The notes beneath the pieces are model-generated. The model was not told where the DNA came from. It saw only the letters and a list, made by a program, of their open reading frames with translations, and ran no database searches. From an uncultured Collinsella sp. (GTDB lineage Bacteria > Actinomycetota > Coriobacteriia > Coriobacteriales > Coriobacteriaceae), in contig URNC01000001.1 of the NCBI GenBank assembly GCA_900549065.1, forward strand, positions 1 to 56,885: a stretch of DNA of 56,885 nucleotides, in the 5' to 3' direction. The stretch's first letter is position 1. Every line of letters starts with the position of its first letter. Positions 8,969 through 22,916 of the stretch are shown here, piece by piece. Made by a program: the position numbers and the translations under genes.

Positions 8969-10756
8969 ATGAGCCAGACCCGTCCCATCGATGAGCATTC
9001 CATGCACACCCGTACCTGCGGCGAGCTTCGCTTCGAGAACGTGGGCGAAGAGGTCACCCTCACCGGTTGGGTGAGCCGTCGCCGCGACCACGGCGGCCTT
9101 ATCTTCTGCGACCTTCGCGACCGCGAGGGCATCACGCAGCTCACCTTCGACCCCGAGCACTCCGATGGCGATGCCTTTAAGATCGCCGAGACCATGCGTC
9201 CCGAGTGGCCCATCAAGATCCACGGCGTCGTGCGCGCCCGTGGCGAGGAGACCACCAACACCAAGCTCGCGACCGGCGAGATCGAGGTCCTGACCGACCA
9301 CGCCGAGGTGCTCAACACGTCCGTCACCCCGCCGTTCCAGATCGAGGACGGCATCGAGACCAGCGAGGACACCCGTCTGCGCTATCGCTATCTGGACCTC
9401 CGCCGTCCCGAGATGATGGCCAACCTCAAGCTGCGCTCCGACTTCACCTTTGCCATTCGCGAGGCGCTGCACAACCGTGAGTTCATGGAGGTCGAGACGC
9501 CCTCCCTGTTTAAGTCCACGCCCGAGGGCGCCCGTGACTTCATCGTCCCCAGCCGTATTCAGCCGGGCAACTTCTACGCCCTGCCGCAGTCCCCGCAGCT
9601 CCTGAAGCAGCTGCTCATGGTCGGTGGCGTCGAGCGCTACTACCAGGTTGCCAAGTGCTTCCGCGACGAGGACCTGCGTGCCGACCGTCAGCCCGAGTTC
9701 ACCCAGGTCGATATCGAGATGTCCTTCGTGGACCAGAATGACGTCATGAGCGCGCTCGAGGAGGTCCTGGCCGACGCCTTCGGCCGCATGGGCGTCGAGA
9801 TGCCCACGCCGCTGCGTCGCATGGACTACTGGGAGGCCATGGACACCTATGGCTCCGACAAGCCCGATACCCGCTATGGCATGCACCTGGTCGACCTGAC
9901 CGACATCTTTGCCAACTCCAAGTTCAAGGTCTTTGCGACTGCCGCAAACGAGGAGGGCTCTGCCGTCAAGGCCATTAACGCCAAGGGCGCCGGTGCCTGG
10001 GCACGTGCCAAGATCGATAAGCTCGCCGGCGTGGCTTCCACGTTTGGCGCCAAGGGCCTGGCTTGGATCGCCTTCCGCGAGGACGGCTCTATCAACAGCC
10101 CCATCGTCAAGTTCTTCTCGGACGAGGAGATGGCAGCCCTGCGCGAGCGCATGGACGTCGAGCCCGGCGACCTTGTGATGTTTGCCGCCGGCCCGCGTCT
10201 GCTCTCTGACGAGATCCTGGGCGGCATGCGTTCTCACATGGCCAGCGCGCTCGAGATCAAGCGCGAGGGCCACGACTTCCTGTGGGTCGTCAACTTCCCG
10301 CTGTTCCACTGGGATGAGGACCGCAAGGCTTACGCTGCCGAGCACCAGCCCTTCACCCTGCCGACCGAGACCGACATCGCCAAGATCGAGGCCGATCCGT
10401 TGGCAGCCGGTTCTTGCACCTACGACTTTGTCATGGACGGCTTTGAGGCCGGCGGCGGCGGTATGCGTATCCACAACGCCGAGATGCAGATGTCCATGCT
10501 CAAGCTCCTGGGCTTTACCGAGGAGCGTGCCGAGTCTCAGTTCGGCTTCCTCATGGAGGCACTCAAGTTTGGTGCGCCCCCGATGGGCGGTTTCGCTCTG
10601 GGCCTGGACCGCGTGTGCATGCTGCTCACCGGTTCCGACTCCATCCGTGACGTCATGGCGTTCCCCAAGACGGCCAGCGGCTCCGACCTCATGTCGGGCG
10701 CCCCGAGTGCCGTTAGCGGCGCCCAGCTCAAGGACGTCAGCCTGCGCCTGATGTAG
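8969..10756 (+). CDS. aspS: Aspartate--tRNA ligase
   Basis: RTCGEL, RYRYLDLRR, TPEGARDF, LPQSPQLLKQLLM and CFRDEDLRADRQPEFTQ motifs; AGGAGG RBS. Confidence 0.98.
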   Translation: MSQTRPIDEHSMHTRTCGELRFENVGEEVTLTGWVSRRRDHGGLIFCDLRDREGITQLTFDPEHSDGDAFKIAETMRPEWPIKIHGVVRARGEETTNTKLATGEIEVLTDHAEVLNTSVTPPFQIEDGIETSEDTRLRYRYLDLRRPEMMANLKLRSDFTFAIREALHNREFMEVETPSLFKSTPEGARDFIVPSRIQPGNFYALPQSPQLLKQLLMVGGVERYYQVAKCFRDEDLRADRQPEFTQVDIEMSFVDQNDVMSALEEVLADAFGRMGVEMPTPLRRMDYWEAMDTYGSDKPDTRYGMHLVDLTDIFANSKFKVFATAANEEGSAVKAINAKGAGAWARAKIDKLAGVASTFGAKGLAWIAFREDGSINSPIVKFFSDEEMAALRERMDVEPGDLVMFAAGPRLLSDEILGGMRSHMASALEIKREGHDFLWVVNFPLFHWDEDRKAYAAEHQPFTLPTETDIAKIEADPLAAGSCTYDFVMDGFEAGGGGMRIHNAEMQMSMLKLLGFTEERAESQFGFLMEALKFGAPPMGGFALGLDRVCMLLTGSDSIRDVMAFPKTASGSDLMSGAPSAVSGAQLKDVSLRLM

Positions 10757-10780
10757 GCAAGCGGCTACATATTGCCCGTA

Positions 10781-10814
10781 ACGAGGGAAGGACGCGTGCC
10801 TTCCCTCGTTTTTT
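10781..10814 (+). terminator. Intrinsic terminator of aspS
   Basis: ACGAGGGAAGG/CCTTCCCTCGT stem followed by a T-run. Confidence 0.85.
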
Positions 10815-10888
10815 ATGTCGTGACGTCATGGTTTGGAGGCTTGCCGTCGTGCGCCGGGAAACTACAACCCGGAATCTGCGTCCAGAAG

Positions 10889-10994
10889 GGGTCGCGCTTT
10901 CCCAAAGGGGGTCCTCTGGGAAAGCGCGACCCAGAATTCGGCAAAATAATGGGGCAGGCTTTCCGCAACAACTGTCTGGCGGAAAGCCTGCCCC
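10889..10994. repeat. Pair of 44-bp REP-like palindromes
   Basis: 10889-10932 and 10951-10994: each has 16-bp arms, a 12-nt loop and a shared GCTTTCC/GGAAAGC core. Confidence 0.7.
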
Positions 10995-11001
10995 CAGTTT
11001 C

Positions 11002-12018
11002 TTATAGCGAGTCTCTCTGGATCAGCTGCATGTGCATCACGGAGGTGGTGGGCTCGGCACCCTTGATCATGTCGAGCGCAATGTTGGCGGCCATGTGTCC
11101 TTCTTCGCGCAGGGGCTGGCGGACGGTCGTGAGCGCGGGGACGCAGCGCGCCGCAATCTCGTGATCGTCGAAGCCGACGACAGAAACGTCCGCAGGAACG
11201 GATAGGCCTGCCTCGTTGAGTGCGGTGATGACGCCAGCTGCGATACGGTCCGATCCGCAGAGCACGCCATCGAAAGCAATCTCGCGCGCGAGGATCTGGT
11301 GCATGGCCTGATAGCCGTCTCCGCTGTTCCAGCCGGTATAGATAACGTTTGCGTCTGGGAGGTCTTCGCCCAAGACGGCACGGTAGCCGCGCAGGCGGTC
11401 GACAACAGCGGGGTTGTCTTGCGGTCCCAACACGGCGACGATATCTTTGCGCCCGCGATCCTTCATGGCGAGTGCCGCAAAATGTCCGCCCTCTTCGTCG
11501 TCAGAGTAGACCGTCGAGAACACATCGCGATAGGGGTGGCCCTCGAGCTGGCCACACAACACGGTGGGTACGCCCAGCTCGCGCAGCACCTCGAGCAGCT
11601 CGCTGCCTTTGTAGGGAGAGACGTCGATCACGGCGTCGAACGAGCGGCGCTCAAAGTGCTCGCGTGCGCGGTTGCGCTCATGCGTAGAAGACGCCTGCAA
11701 GATAACGGGCAGATAGGACGACTCCGACAGTTCCTCGGTAATGCCGCTCAAAAACTCGCTATAGGTGGGGTCGCTGAAGAGTTCACTCAGAGGCTCGGTC
11801 ACGAGCACGGCGATGATTTCCGTGCGCCCGACAGCGAGCGCTCGGCCACGAGCGTTGGGGACAAAATTGACTTCCTTGGCCGCCGCGCGGACGCGCTTTT
11901 TGGTTTCCTCGCTAATGCGGGGCGAATCGTTGAGGGCGCGCGATGCCGTGGAGCGCGACACGCCGGCAGCTGCGGCAACCTCGGCAAGCGTAGGTGCGGT
12001 GCGAACTGGTTGTGTCAT
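11002..12018 (-). CDS. LacI family repressor, probable regulator of the ebg operon
   Basis: TLAEVAAAAGVSRSTASRALN HTH and C-terminal SVVGFDD/LTTVRQP; divergent from ebgA. Confidence 0.93.
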   Translation of the reverse strand: MTQPVRTAPTLAEVAAAAGVSRSTASRALNDSPRISEETKKRVRAAAKEVNFVPNARGRALAVGRTEIIAVLVTEPLSELFSDPTYSEFLSGITEELSESSYLPVILQASSTHERNRAREHFERRSFDAVIDVSPYKGSELLEVLRELGVPTVLCGQLEGHPYRDVFSTVYSDDEEGGHFAALAMKDRGRKDIVAVLGPQDNPAVVDRLRGYRAVLGEDLPDANVIYTGWNSGDGYQAMHQILAREIAFDGVLCGSDRIAAGVITALNEAGLSVPADVSVVGFDDHEIAARCVPALTTVRQPLREEGHMAANIALDMIKGAEPTTSVMHMQLIQRDSL

Positions 12019-12261
12019 GGCGTCTCCTGGAAAATGCGGTCGATGTTGTCACTGATACGGGCTAGTGCGGATACAGCTTACTATAGTGCGCCTGAACAGC
12101 GTTCATGATATCCGGTGACCGGTGCCGTTTTGCAACCAAGCCGAAATCGAATACGTCTCGTGTGGGTGAGATATCAGCGGGCGTGGAGGTTGCCTACGAG
12201 CTTAAGAACGATGTCTTGTGCTGAGTTTCGATACTCAGGGTGACATAAGTGTTGCGATTGT

Positions 12262-12362
12262 ACAACCGGTTGCACCGTTAACCCTGCCAAATCGACCGTT
12301 CAGCGGACAACCGGTTGCACAGTTTTTTACATCGCCCGTAAGATAAGGACAACCGGTTGCAC
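12262..12362. promoter_or_regulatory. Three LacI-type operators upstream of ebgA
   Basis: ACAACCGGTTGCAC at 12262, 12307 and 12349, with palindromic core CAACCGGTTG. Confidence 0.85.
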
Positions 12363-12382
12363 AAGAATCACTACGATGATGA

Positions 12383-15403
<3,021 letters not shown>

Positions 15404-15406
15404 GCC

Positions 15407-15862
15407 ATGCATGTCTTTAACTCGCGCGCCGATTTCGACGCTCAGATGAAGTCCGTCAAGAAGTGGATGCGTACCGGCCAGGCGCTCGACGGCGTTTCTG
15501 AACTGCAGCACGATGTGGCGTACTCCATCGGCGACTCGCTGGTGTACTGGTGGGTCTATGCCCGCGAGGCCGCAACCGCCGACCTGGTCGGTCACCGTCG
15601 CTACCATGCCGTGCTCGCTCCGCTCGACGGCGACCTGACCGTCGAGGTTGCCCCCAAGGCAGGCCTCACCTGCACCCGCGCTTACAGCGATATCGATGAT
15701 CGCGAGCGCTTTGAGGGGGCGGGGGAGACCGTGACGATTCCCGCCGGCGGCGTTGCCGTCGTCGAAATTGACGAGGCCTACCGTGTCGTGGCCGATGCCG
15801 CGGATCCCCGCGTCGTGGTACTGCACGTGACGGTCGAAGGTTATTCCTTCCCCAACAAGTAG
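15407..15862 (+). CDS. ebgC: Beta-galactosidase beta subunit EbgC
   Basis: SIGDSL, GHRRY and EAYR motifs and C-terminal FPNK resemble EbgC; adjacent to ebgA. Confidence 0.88.
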   Translation: MHVFNSRADFDAQMKSVKKWMRTGQALDGVSELQHDVAYSIGDSLVYWWVYAREAATADLVGHRRYHAVLAPLDGDLTVEVAPKAGLTCTRAYSDIDDRERFEGAGETVTIPAGGVAVVEIDEAYRVVADAADPRVVVLHVTVEGYSFPNK

Positions 15863-16003
15863 TATTCGTCCGCCTGGACGTTTGCTTCGCGCCGTTAAGG
15901 GGGATGGCTTTGTTGACTCCCTTTTCCCCATTCCCCTTAGCAGGTGCGCCGTCCGTGTTTGCACTTGCAGCTCGGACGGGTTTAGATGACATTTAATAGA
16001 TGA

Positions 16004-17479
<1,476 letters not shown>

Positions 17480-17526
17480 CGGCTAGGATTAATCTACGGC
17501 TGTGGAATAAATCGATTCCCTTTCCT

Positions 17527-17556
17527 AAGGAGGGGCCTTACGAGGCCCCTCCTTTT
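17527..17556 (+). terminator. Intrinsic terminator of the ebg operon
   Basis: AAGGAGGGGCCT-TACG-AGGCCCCTCCTT-TT. Confidence 0.85.
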
Positions 17557-17583
17557 GTGTTTTGGAGCATGGTTTTGGACCCT

Positions 17584-17803
17584 GTGGTCAAAAAATACCA
17601 AATATGAGTACTGTTGCAAAAGAGGTGTCATATTTTTCGGCCTGCTCTGAGCGAAAATGGGCTCATAATCAATTTATCTAGCCCCCTTTAAAGGGCGTTT
17701 GACGGCTTTCAACCTCTTCGAATCGCTCAAATTAGGCAATTTGCTCTCGATTTTGCTGCTACTAAATTGGTGACAGTACTCATATTTGCCACTTTTTGAC
17801 CAC
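17584..17803. repeat. 220-bp AT-rich MITE-like element with 31-bp terminal inverted repeats
   Basis: 17584-17614 and 17773-17803 are inverted repeats with 3 mismatches. Confidence 0.7.
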
Positions 17804-17900
17804 GAGGTGTTCAGAGGAGCTCTCGAGAAGCATCTAACGGTACAATAGCTACCACGTGGCTGGGTTTGCCGGCCGAATGTGCGATGTCGTGGGAGGGGAC

Positions 17901-18149
17901 ATGGTCGAATTTACGAAGACGATTAAAGATCCGTTGGGATTGCATGCCCGCCCGGTTGCGCTGCTCTATGACATTATCGCCAAGCATCGTAGCGACGTGT
18001 CGGTTTCGATTGGCAATCGTCATGTCGATGGCCGCGACGTTATAGGGCTCATGGCACTCTGCGGCGAATGTGGCGAGGACGTCGTGTTCCGCGTTTCGGG
18101 CGTGGATGAGGCTTCCTGCGTCACGTCGATCAGAAACCTCTCGCTCTAA
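17901..18149 (+). CDS. HPr-family phosphocarrier protein (His15 present, Asp at position 46)
   Basis: GLHARP with His at residue 15; 82 aa; GGAGGGG RBS. Confidence 0.88.
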   Translation: MVEFTKTIKDPLGLHARPVALLYDIIAKHRSDVSVSIGNRHVDGRDVIGLMALCGECGEDVVFRVSGVDEASCVTSIRNLSL

Positions 18150-18158
18150 GCATGACGG

Positions 18159-18194
18159 GGCGCGGCAAAGGACAGCTCTTTGCCGCGCCTTTTT
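18159..18194 (+). terminator. Intrinsic terminator after the HPr gene
   Basis: GGCGCGGCAAAG/CTTTGCCGCGCC stem followed by TTTTT. Confidence 0.8.
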
Positions 18195-18241
18195 GTTTCG
18201 TATAGGAAACTTTTTCGAAAACTGAATAGAGACTCTTTCCA

Positions 18242-18295
18242 AAAAGTTAACCACGTGCTAGTTTACTATAGCGAACATAGACGTGGTTAACTTTT
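18242..18295. promoter_or_regulatory. Inverted repeat in the feo promoter, candidate metalloregulator site
   Basis: AAAAGTTAACCACGT-N24-ACGTGGTTAACTTTT with perfect 15-bp arms. Confidence 0.6.
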
Positions 18296-18337
18296 AACGC
18301 GTCGATGTTGAGGACGAACTGACGTTAGGAGCAACTC

Positions 18338-18580
18338 ATGTCTTGCGGACCGCAGATGCCGGCCATGCCGCTTTCGATGGTAAAAGCGGGCGAAACCGTG
18401 CGCGTGTCTCGTGTAAAGGGCAATGAGGATATGAAACACCACCTCAAGGACCTCGGCTTTGTCGAGGGCAACGAAATCCACGTGGTGAGCTCGAGTGGCG
18501 CCAATATCATCGTCACGGTGCTGGGCGCACGCTTTGGTATCGATTCCAAGGTTGCCATGCACATCATGACCGTCGGTTAG
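18338..18580 (+). CDS. feoA: Ferrous iron transport protein A
   Basis: HLKDLGFVEG FeoA motif; AGGAG RBS; upstream of feoB. Confidence 0.88.
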   Translation: MSCGPQMPAMPLSMVKAGETVRVSRVKGNEDMKHHLKDLGFVEGNEIHVVSSSGANIIVTVLGARFGIDSKVAMHIMTVG

Positions 18581-18619
18581 TCTGCAGCATTTCACAAAAA
18601 CCGAAAGGGGGACAAGAGG

Positions 18620-18841
18620 ATGAAGACGTTGGGTGACGTTAAGGTGGGCGAGAGTTCTACCATCGTCAAGCTTCACGGTGAGGGTGCGCTTCGCCGCCAC
18701 CTTATGGACCTGGGGCTCATCAAGGGCACTTCGTTCAAGGTCGTGAAGGTTGCACCGCTCGGTGATCCGGTTGAGATCAACGTGCGCGGCTACGAGCTTT
18801 CCATCCGCAAGGAGGAGGCCGCCGTCGTCGAGGTTCAGTAA
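18620..18841 (+). CDS. feoA: Ferrous iron transport protein A (second copy)
   Basis: RRHLMDLGL, APLGDPVEI and LSIRKEEA motifs. Confidence 0.95.
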   Translation: MKTLGDVKVGESSTIVKLHGEGALRRHLMDLGLIKGTSFKVVKVAPLGDPVEINVRGYELSIRKEEAAVVEVQ

Positions 18842-18869
18842 GGAATTGCGGCGCATATTTCTGCAGATA

Positions 18870-18889
18870 AAGTTAGGTTTTTCTAACTT
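18870..18889. promoter_or_regulatory. Candidate DtxR/MntR-family box upstream of feoB
   Basis: AAGTTAG-N6-CTAACTT palindrome in the feoA-feoB spacer. Confidence 0.6.
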
Positions 18890-18964
18890 AATGCAGCAAC
18901 TTTGAAGCACATTATCCAGCCTGCGCGGAGAAAGCAGCGCAGGCACACAAGGAAGAAGGATTGA

Positions 18965-21292
18965 ATGGCGGATTCTCAGATCCATGTCGCGCTGGCGGGT
19001 AACCCCAACTGCGGCAAGACCACGCTTTTCAACCTGATCACCGGCGCCAACGGCTACGTTGGCAACTGGCCCGGCGTCACGGTTGAGAAAAAGGAGGCCA
19101 AGCTCCTAAGCGACAAGAACGTTACCATCACGGACCTCCCTGGCATCTACTCGCTTTCCCCCTACAGCCCCGAGGAGCAATGCTCGCGCGATTACCTCAT
19201 GAGCGGCGAGCCCGATGTCGTCGTTCAGGTGGTCGATGCCACCAACCTGGAGCGCAATCTATACCTGGCGCTTCAGGTCATCGAGACCGGCCTGCCTGTG
19301 GTCGTTGCCCTCAACATGGCCGATCTGGTCGAGAAGAATGGCGACAAGATCGACACCGACAAGCTCTCCAAGAAGCTTGGTTGTCCGGTCATGATGATCT
19401 CCGCTCTTAAGAACAAGGGCATCAAGGAGCTCTTCGAGCAGGTCAAAAAGTCCGCTGCTTCTAAGGGTCAGGTGCCGGAGCACAAGTTCGATTCCTCTAT
19501 CGAGGACGTTCTGGACCACATCAAGAATAACCTTCCGGCGAGCGTTCCCGCCAACAAGCGCCGCTATTACGCCGTTAAGCTGTTCGAGCGTGATGCAGAC
19601 GCCTGCAAGCTCATCAACCTCACCAAGGAGAAGGCCGCTCGCGTGGAGGAACTGGTCGCCCAGTGCGAGCAGGACTGCGACGACGATGCCGAGTCCATCA
19701 TCACCGGTGAGCGCTATGGCGTCATTGCCCACATCATCGACGAGTGCATGACCAAGGCCCCGGCCAAGATGAGCACCTCCGAGAAGATCGACCGCGTGGT
19801 TACCAACCGTATCCTGGGCTTGCCGATCTTTGTCGTCATCATGTTCTGCGTGTACTACATCGCCGTTTCTACCTTGGGTGGCACGGTGACCGACTTCACC
19901 AACGACCAGCTCTTCGGCACCGACGGCTGGTATGTGCTCGGTCAGGGCCGCGATGCTTACGATGAGGCTGTCGAGGCCGCGGGTGACGACGCCGACTCGG
20001 TCGACCCGGCACAGTACGGCCCCTATGTCCCGGGTATCACCACCATGGTGCACGACGCCCTCGTGGCGGGTGGCACCGAGGACGGTGGCCTGGTCGATTC
20101 GCTGGTCTGCGACGGTATCGTTGGCGGCCTGGGCGCCATCTTCGGCTTTGTGCCGCAGATGTTCCTGCTGTTCGTGATGCTGTCCTTCCTGGAGGACTGC
20201 GGCTACATGGCCCGCGTCGCCTTTATCATGGACCGCGTGTTCCGCCGCTTTGGCCTGTCCGGTAAGTCGTTCATCCCCATGCTCGTGTCCTCAGGCTGCG
20301 GCGTCCCCGGCGTCATGGCCACCAAGACCATCGAGAACGAGAAGGACCGCCGCATGACGGTCATGACCACCACGTTCATCCCCTGCGGCGCCAAGCTGCC
20401 GATCATCGCCCTGCTCATGGGCTCCATCATTGGCGATTCTTCCACCACCGCCGCGTGGATCAGCCCGCTCTTCTACTTCCTGGGCGTCTTTGCCGTCATC
20501 GCCTCGGGCCTCATGCTCAAGAAGACCAAGCTCTTCGCCGGTCGCCCGACGCCGTTCGTTATGGAGCTTCCCGCCTACCACTTCCCGGCGATCCGCTCTT
20601 GGGCGCTGCACGTGTGGGAGCGCTGCTGGGCCTTTATCAAGAAGGCCGGCACGGTCATCTTTGCGTCCACCGTCGTCGTTTGGTTCCTCTCCAACTTTGG
20701 TAGCTATAACGGTTCCTTTGGCTTCCTGCCTGCGATGGACGGCATCCCCGAGGAGTTTATGGACTACTCCGTGCTTGCCATGCTGGGCAACCTGGTCGCT
20801 TGGATCTTCGCCCCGCTCGGCTTTAGCACCTGGCAGGCCACCGCGCTGACTGTCTCTGGCCTCGTCGCCAAGGAGAACGTCGTCGCCACCGCCGGCTCGC
20901 TGCTGTCCGTCGCCGACGCGGGCGAGACCGACCCGAGCCTGTGGACCGCGTTTGCCGGCATGTTCCCCACCATGGGCGCTTGCGTTGCCTTCGGCGCCTT
21001 CAACCTGCTGTGCGCTCCGTGCTTTGCCGCTATTGGCACCATCCGCAACCAGATGGATTCCGGCAAGTGGACTGCGATCGCCATCGGTTACGAGTGCGCC
21101 TTCGCTTGGGTGATCGGCCTGTTCATCAACCAGTTCTACAACTTGCTTGTTCTTGGACAGTTTGGTATCTGGACGATTGTGGCCATTGTGCTGCTGGTTG
21201 CGATGCTCTTCCAGATCTTCCGCCCCATGCCCAAACATGCATGGACCGACGAGGACGAGACCAACACTGCTTCCGCCGCAGTTTCCGCTTAA
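18965..21292 (+). CDS. feoB: Ferrous iron transporter FeoB
   Basis: GNPNCGKTTLFN, VGNWPGVTVE, DLPGIYSL, LEDCGYMAR and FVMELPAY motifs. Confidence 0.98.
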   Translation: MADSQIHVALAGNPNCGKTTLFNLITGANGYVGNWPGVTVEKKEAKLLSDKNVTITDLPGIYSLSPYSPEEQCSRDYLMSGEPDVVVQVVDATNLERNLYLALQVIETGLPVVVALNMADLVEKNGDKIDTDKLSKKLGCPVMMISALKNKGIKELFEQVKKSAASKGQVPEHKFDSSIEDVLDHIKNNLPASVPANKRRYYAVKLFERDADACKLINLTKEKAARVEELVAQCEQDCDDDAESIITGERYGVIAHIIDECMTKAPAKMSTSEKIDRVVTNRILGLPIFVVIMFCVYYIAVSTLGGTVTDFTNDQLFGTDGWYVLGQGRDAYDEAVEAAGDDADSVDPAQYGPYVPGITTMVHDALVAGGTEDGGLVDSLVCDGIVGGLGAIFGFVPQMFLLFVMLSFLEDCGYMARVAFIMDRVFRRFGLSGKSFIPMLVSSGCGVPGVMATKTIENEKDRRMTVMTTTFIPCGAKLPIIALLMGSIIGDSSTTAAWISPLFYFLGVFAVIASGLMLKKTKLFAGRPTPFVMELPAYHFPAIRSWALHVWERCWAFIKKAGTVIFASTVVVWFLSNFGSYNGSFGFLPAMDGIPEEFMDYSVLAMLGNLVAWIFAPLGFSTWQATALTVSGLVAKENVVATAGSLLSVADAGETDPSLWTAFAGMFPTMGACVAFGAFNLLCAPCFAAIGTIRNQMDSGKWTAIAIGYECAFAWVIGLFINQFYNLLVLGQFGIWTIVAIVLLVAMLFQIFRPMPKHAWTDEDETNTASAAVSA

Positions 21293-21321
21293 GTCCGAAT
21301 AAGGATTAGCCCCTTTTCACG

Positions 21322-21354
21322 AGCCCGGGTGTCCCAGCGACACTCGGGCTTTTT
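21322..21354 (+). terminator. Intrinsic terminator after feoB
   Basis: AGCCCGGGTGTC/GACACTCGGGCT stem followed by TTTT. Confidence 0.75.
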
Positions 21355-21466
21355 GGTGGGGAAGATGTGACATTTCCCCAGATAAAACCGACCAAATTAA
21401 ACCTGTCCCTATCGGTAGGTGGAGAATGGGGTAAAGTAAGTGATGGTTAACTAGAGGAGGCTTGCT

Positions 21467-21667
21467 ATGGCACCTATCGATATTGTTGTACTGGCTGTTA
21501 TCGGTATTGCGTTTGTCGCGGTATGCGTGCGCATCTACCGCAAGGGCACCTGCGCCGACTGCGCTCAGGGTGGCGTTTGCACGGGGCATTGCTCCAACAA
21601 AAAGACGTGCGCTGCACTTAAGGGCGTAGACAAAATCGCCGAAGACTTGGGTCGCGGTATCAAATAA
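21467..21667 (+). CDS. FeoB-associated Cys-rich membrane protein
   Basis: N-terminal TM helix followed by CADC..C..HC..C; GGAGG RBS; downstream of feoB. Confidence 0.8.
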   Translation: MAPIDIVVLAVIGIAFVAVCVRIYRKGTCADCAQGGVCTGHCSNKKTCAALKGVDKIAEDLGRGIK

Positions 21668-21811
21668 GGTCCGGACATCCAAGCGCTCCGCGGGCATCCG
21701 TTCGCGGGGCGCTTTGTGCATTTGAGGGAGAGCACGGCGAGTCGAAGAGTATTTTTGGGGTATCGTTAACTGGACTATTAATTGGCAACTTATCTATAAC
21801 GGAGTAACCGC

Positions 21812-22891
21812 ATGAGCGCTCGCGTAACCATGAAGGACATAGCCGCCGAGCTTGGCGTTTCCATCAATACCGTGCACAAGGCCCTGACGGGAAAGGCCGG
21901 CGTGAGCGAATCCGTGCGCGCCAAGGTGAACGCTAAGGCCGAGGCCATGGGCTATCACCGCAACACAAGTGCCTCAAGCCTGCGCCGCAAGGATATCAAT
22001 CTGGTGTTTTGCCTGCCCCGCGCATCGCGCGAGGGAGCGTACTTTTTCCGTTACCTGTGGGAAGGCTGCAATCGCTTTGAACAGGAGGTCATCGACCGGG
22101 GCATTACGGTTGAGCGCGTTGAATTTGGCGTGGGCGGCTACGCCGATGCACTCGAGCAAATCGACGAGCGTCTGCAGGTGGGCGAGAAGATTGATGGCTT
22201 GCTCGCCTATGCGCCGGGCGACGATCGTGCGACTGAGCTTTTGGGGCAGATCGCCGAGGCGGGCGTGACGATCGAGCTCGTCGACGGCGACCGTCCGCAT
22301 TTGAATCGTTTGGGTGCGAGCTTGGCCGATTATTCGACGGCAGGCAGCCTTATGGCCGAGCAGGCGGCAAACCTGGTCCATGCTTCTGGGGCCGACGCCC
22401 GCGTGCTCCTTTTGACAGGCGACCCATATACCGATTCGCACTATCTAACCGCCCGCGCCTTCCACAATTACCTGCGCGAACGTGATATTCCATGGCAGGT
22501 TGAGGATCTTGCAGGTGCCCATGCGCAAGTCAAACAACTCGAGCATGAGCTCGAAAAGCGCTTGAGTGCGCCGGACGCCCCCGAACTTATCTGTAGCGTT
22601 TTTGCCGTTGGTTCCGAAGTGGTTGCCGACGCGCTCGTCTCGACCGGCAAGGCCGGTCAGGTCATGGTGATCGGCAACGACCTGTTTCCCGAAAGCGCCC
22701 TGGCCTTGCGCCGCGGTATCTTTACCAATATTGTCTATAAGGACCCGACGAGCCTGGCGTATCGCGGCGCTAAGACGCTGGGCGATTATCTGCTGTGGGG
22801 AAGGACCCCGACGGTGCCCGTCCAGAAGGGCGCCGTCGAGATGGTATTTGCCAGCAATGTCGATCGCTACTGCGAACTTGCGGGTATTTAG
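21812..22891 (+). CDS. LacI family regulator, probable hexuronate/pectin regulon repressor
   Basis: VTMKDIAAELGVSINTVHKAL HTH plus a sugar-binding domain; precedes uxaC. Confidence 0.9.
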   Translation: MSARVTMKDIAAELGVSINTVHKALTGKAGVSESVRAKVNAKAEAMGYHRNTSASSLRRKDINLVFCLPRASREGAYFFRYLWEGCNRFEQEVIDRGITVERVEFGVGGYADALEQIDERLQVGEKIDGLLAYAPGDDRATELLGQIAEAGVTIELVDGDRPHLNRLGASLADYSTAGSLMAEQAANLVHASGADARVLLLTGDPYTDSHYLTARAFHNYLRERDIPWQVEDLAGAHAQVKQLEHELEKRLSAPDAPELICSVFAVGSEVVADALVSTGKAGQVMVIGNDLFPESALALRRGIFTNIVYKDPTSLAYRGAKTLGDYLLWGRTPTVPVQKGAVEMVFASNVDRYCELAGI

Positions 22892-22916
22892 CCGATTGAG
22901 CAGGTACCCCCTCTTG

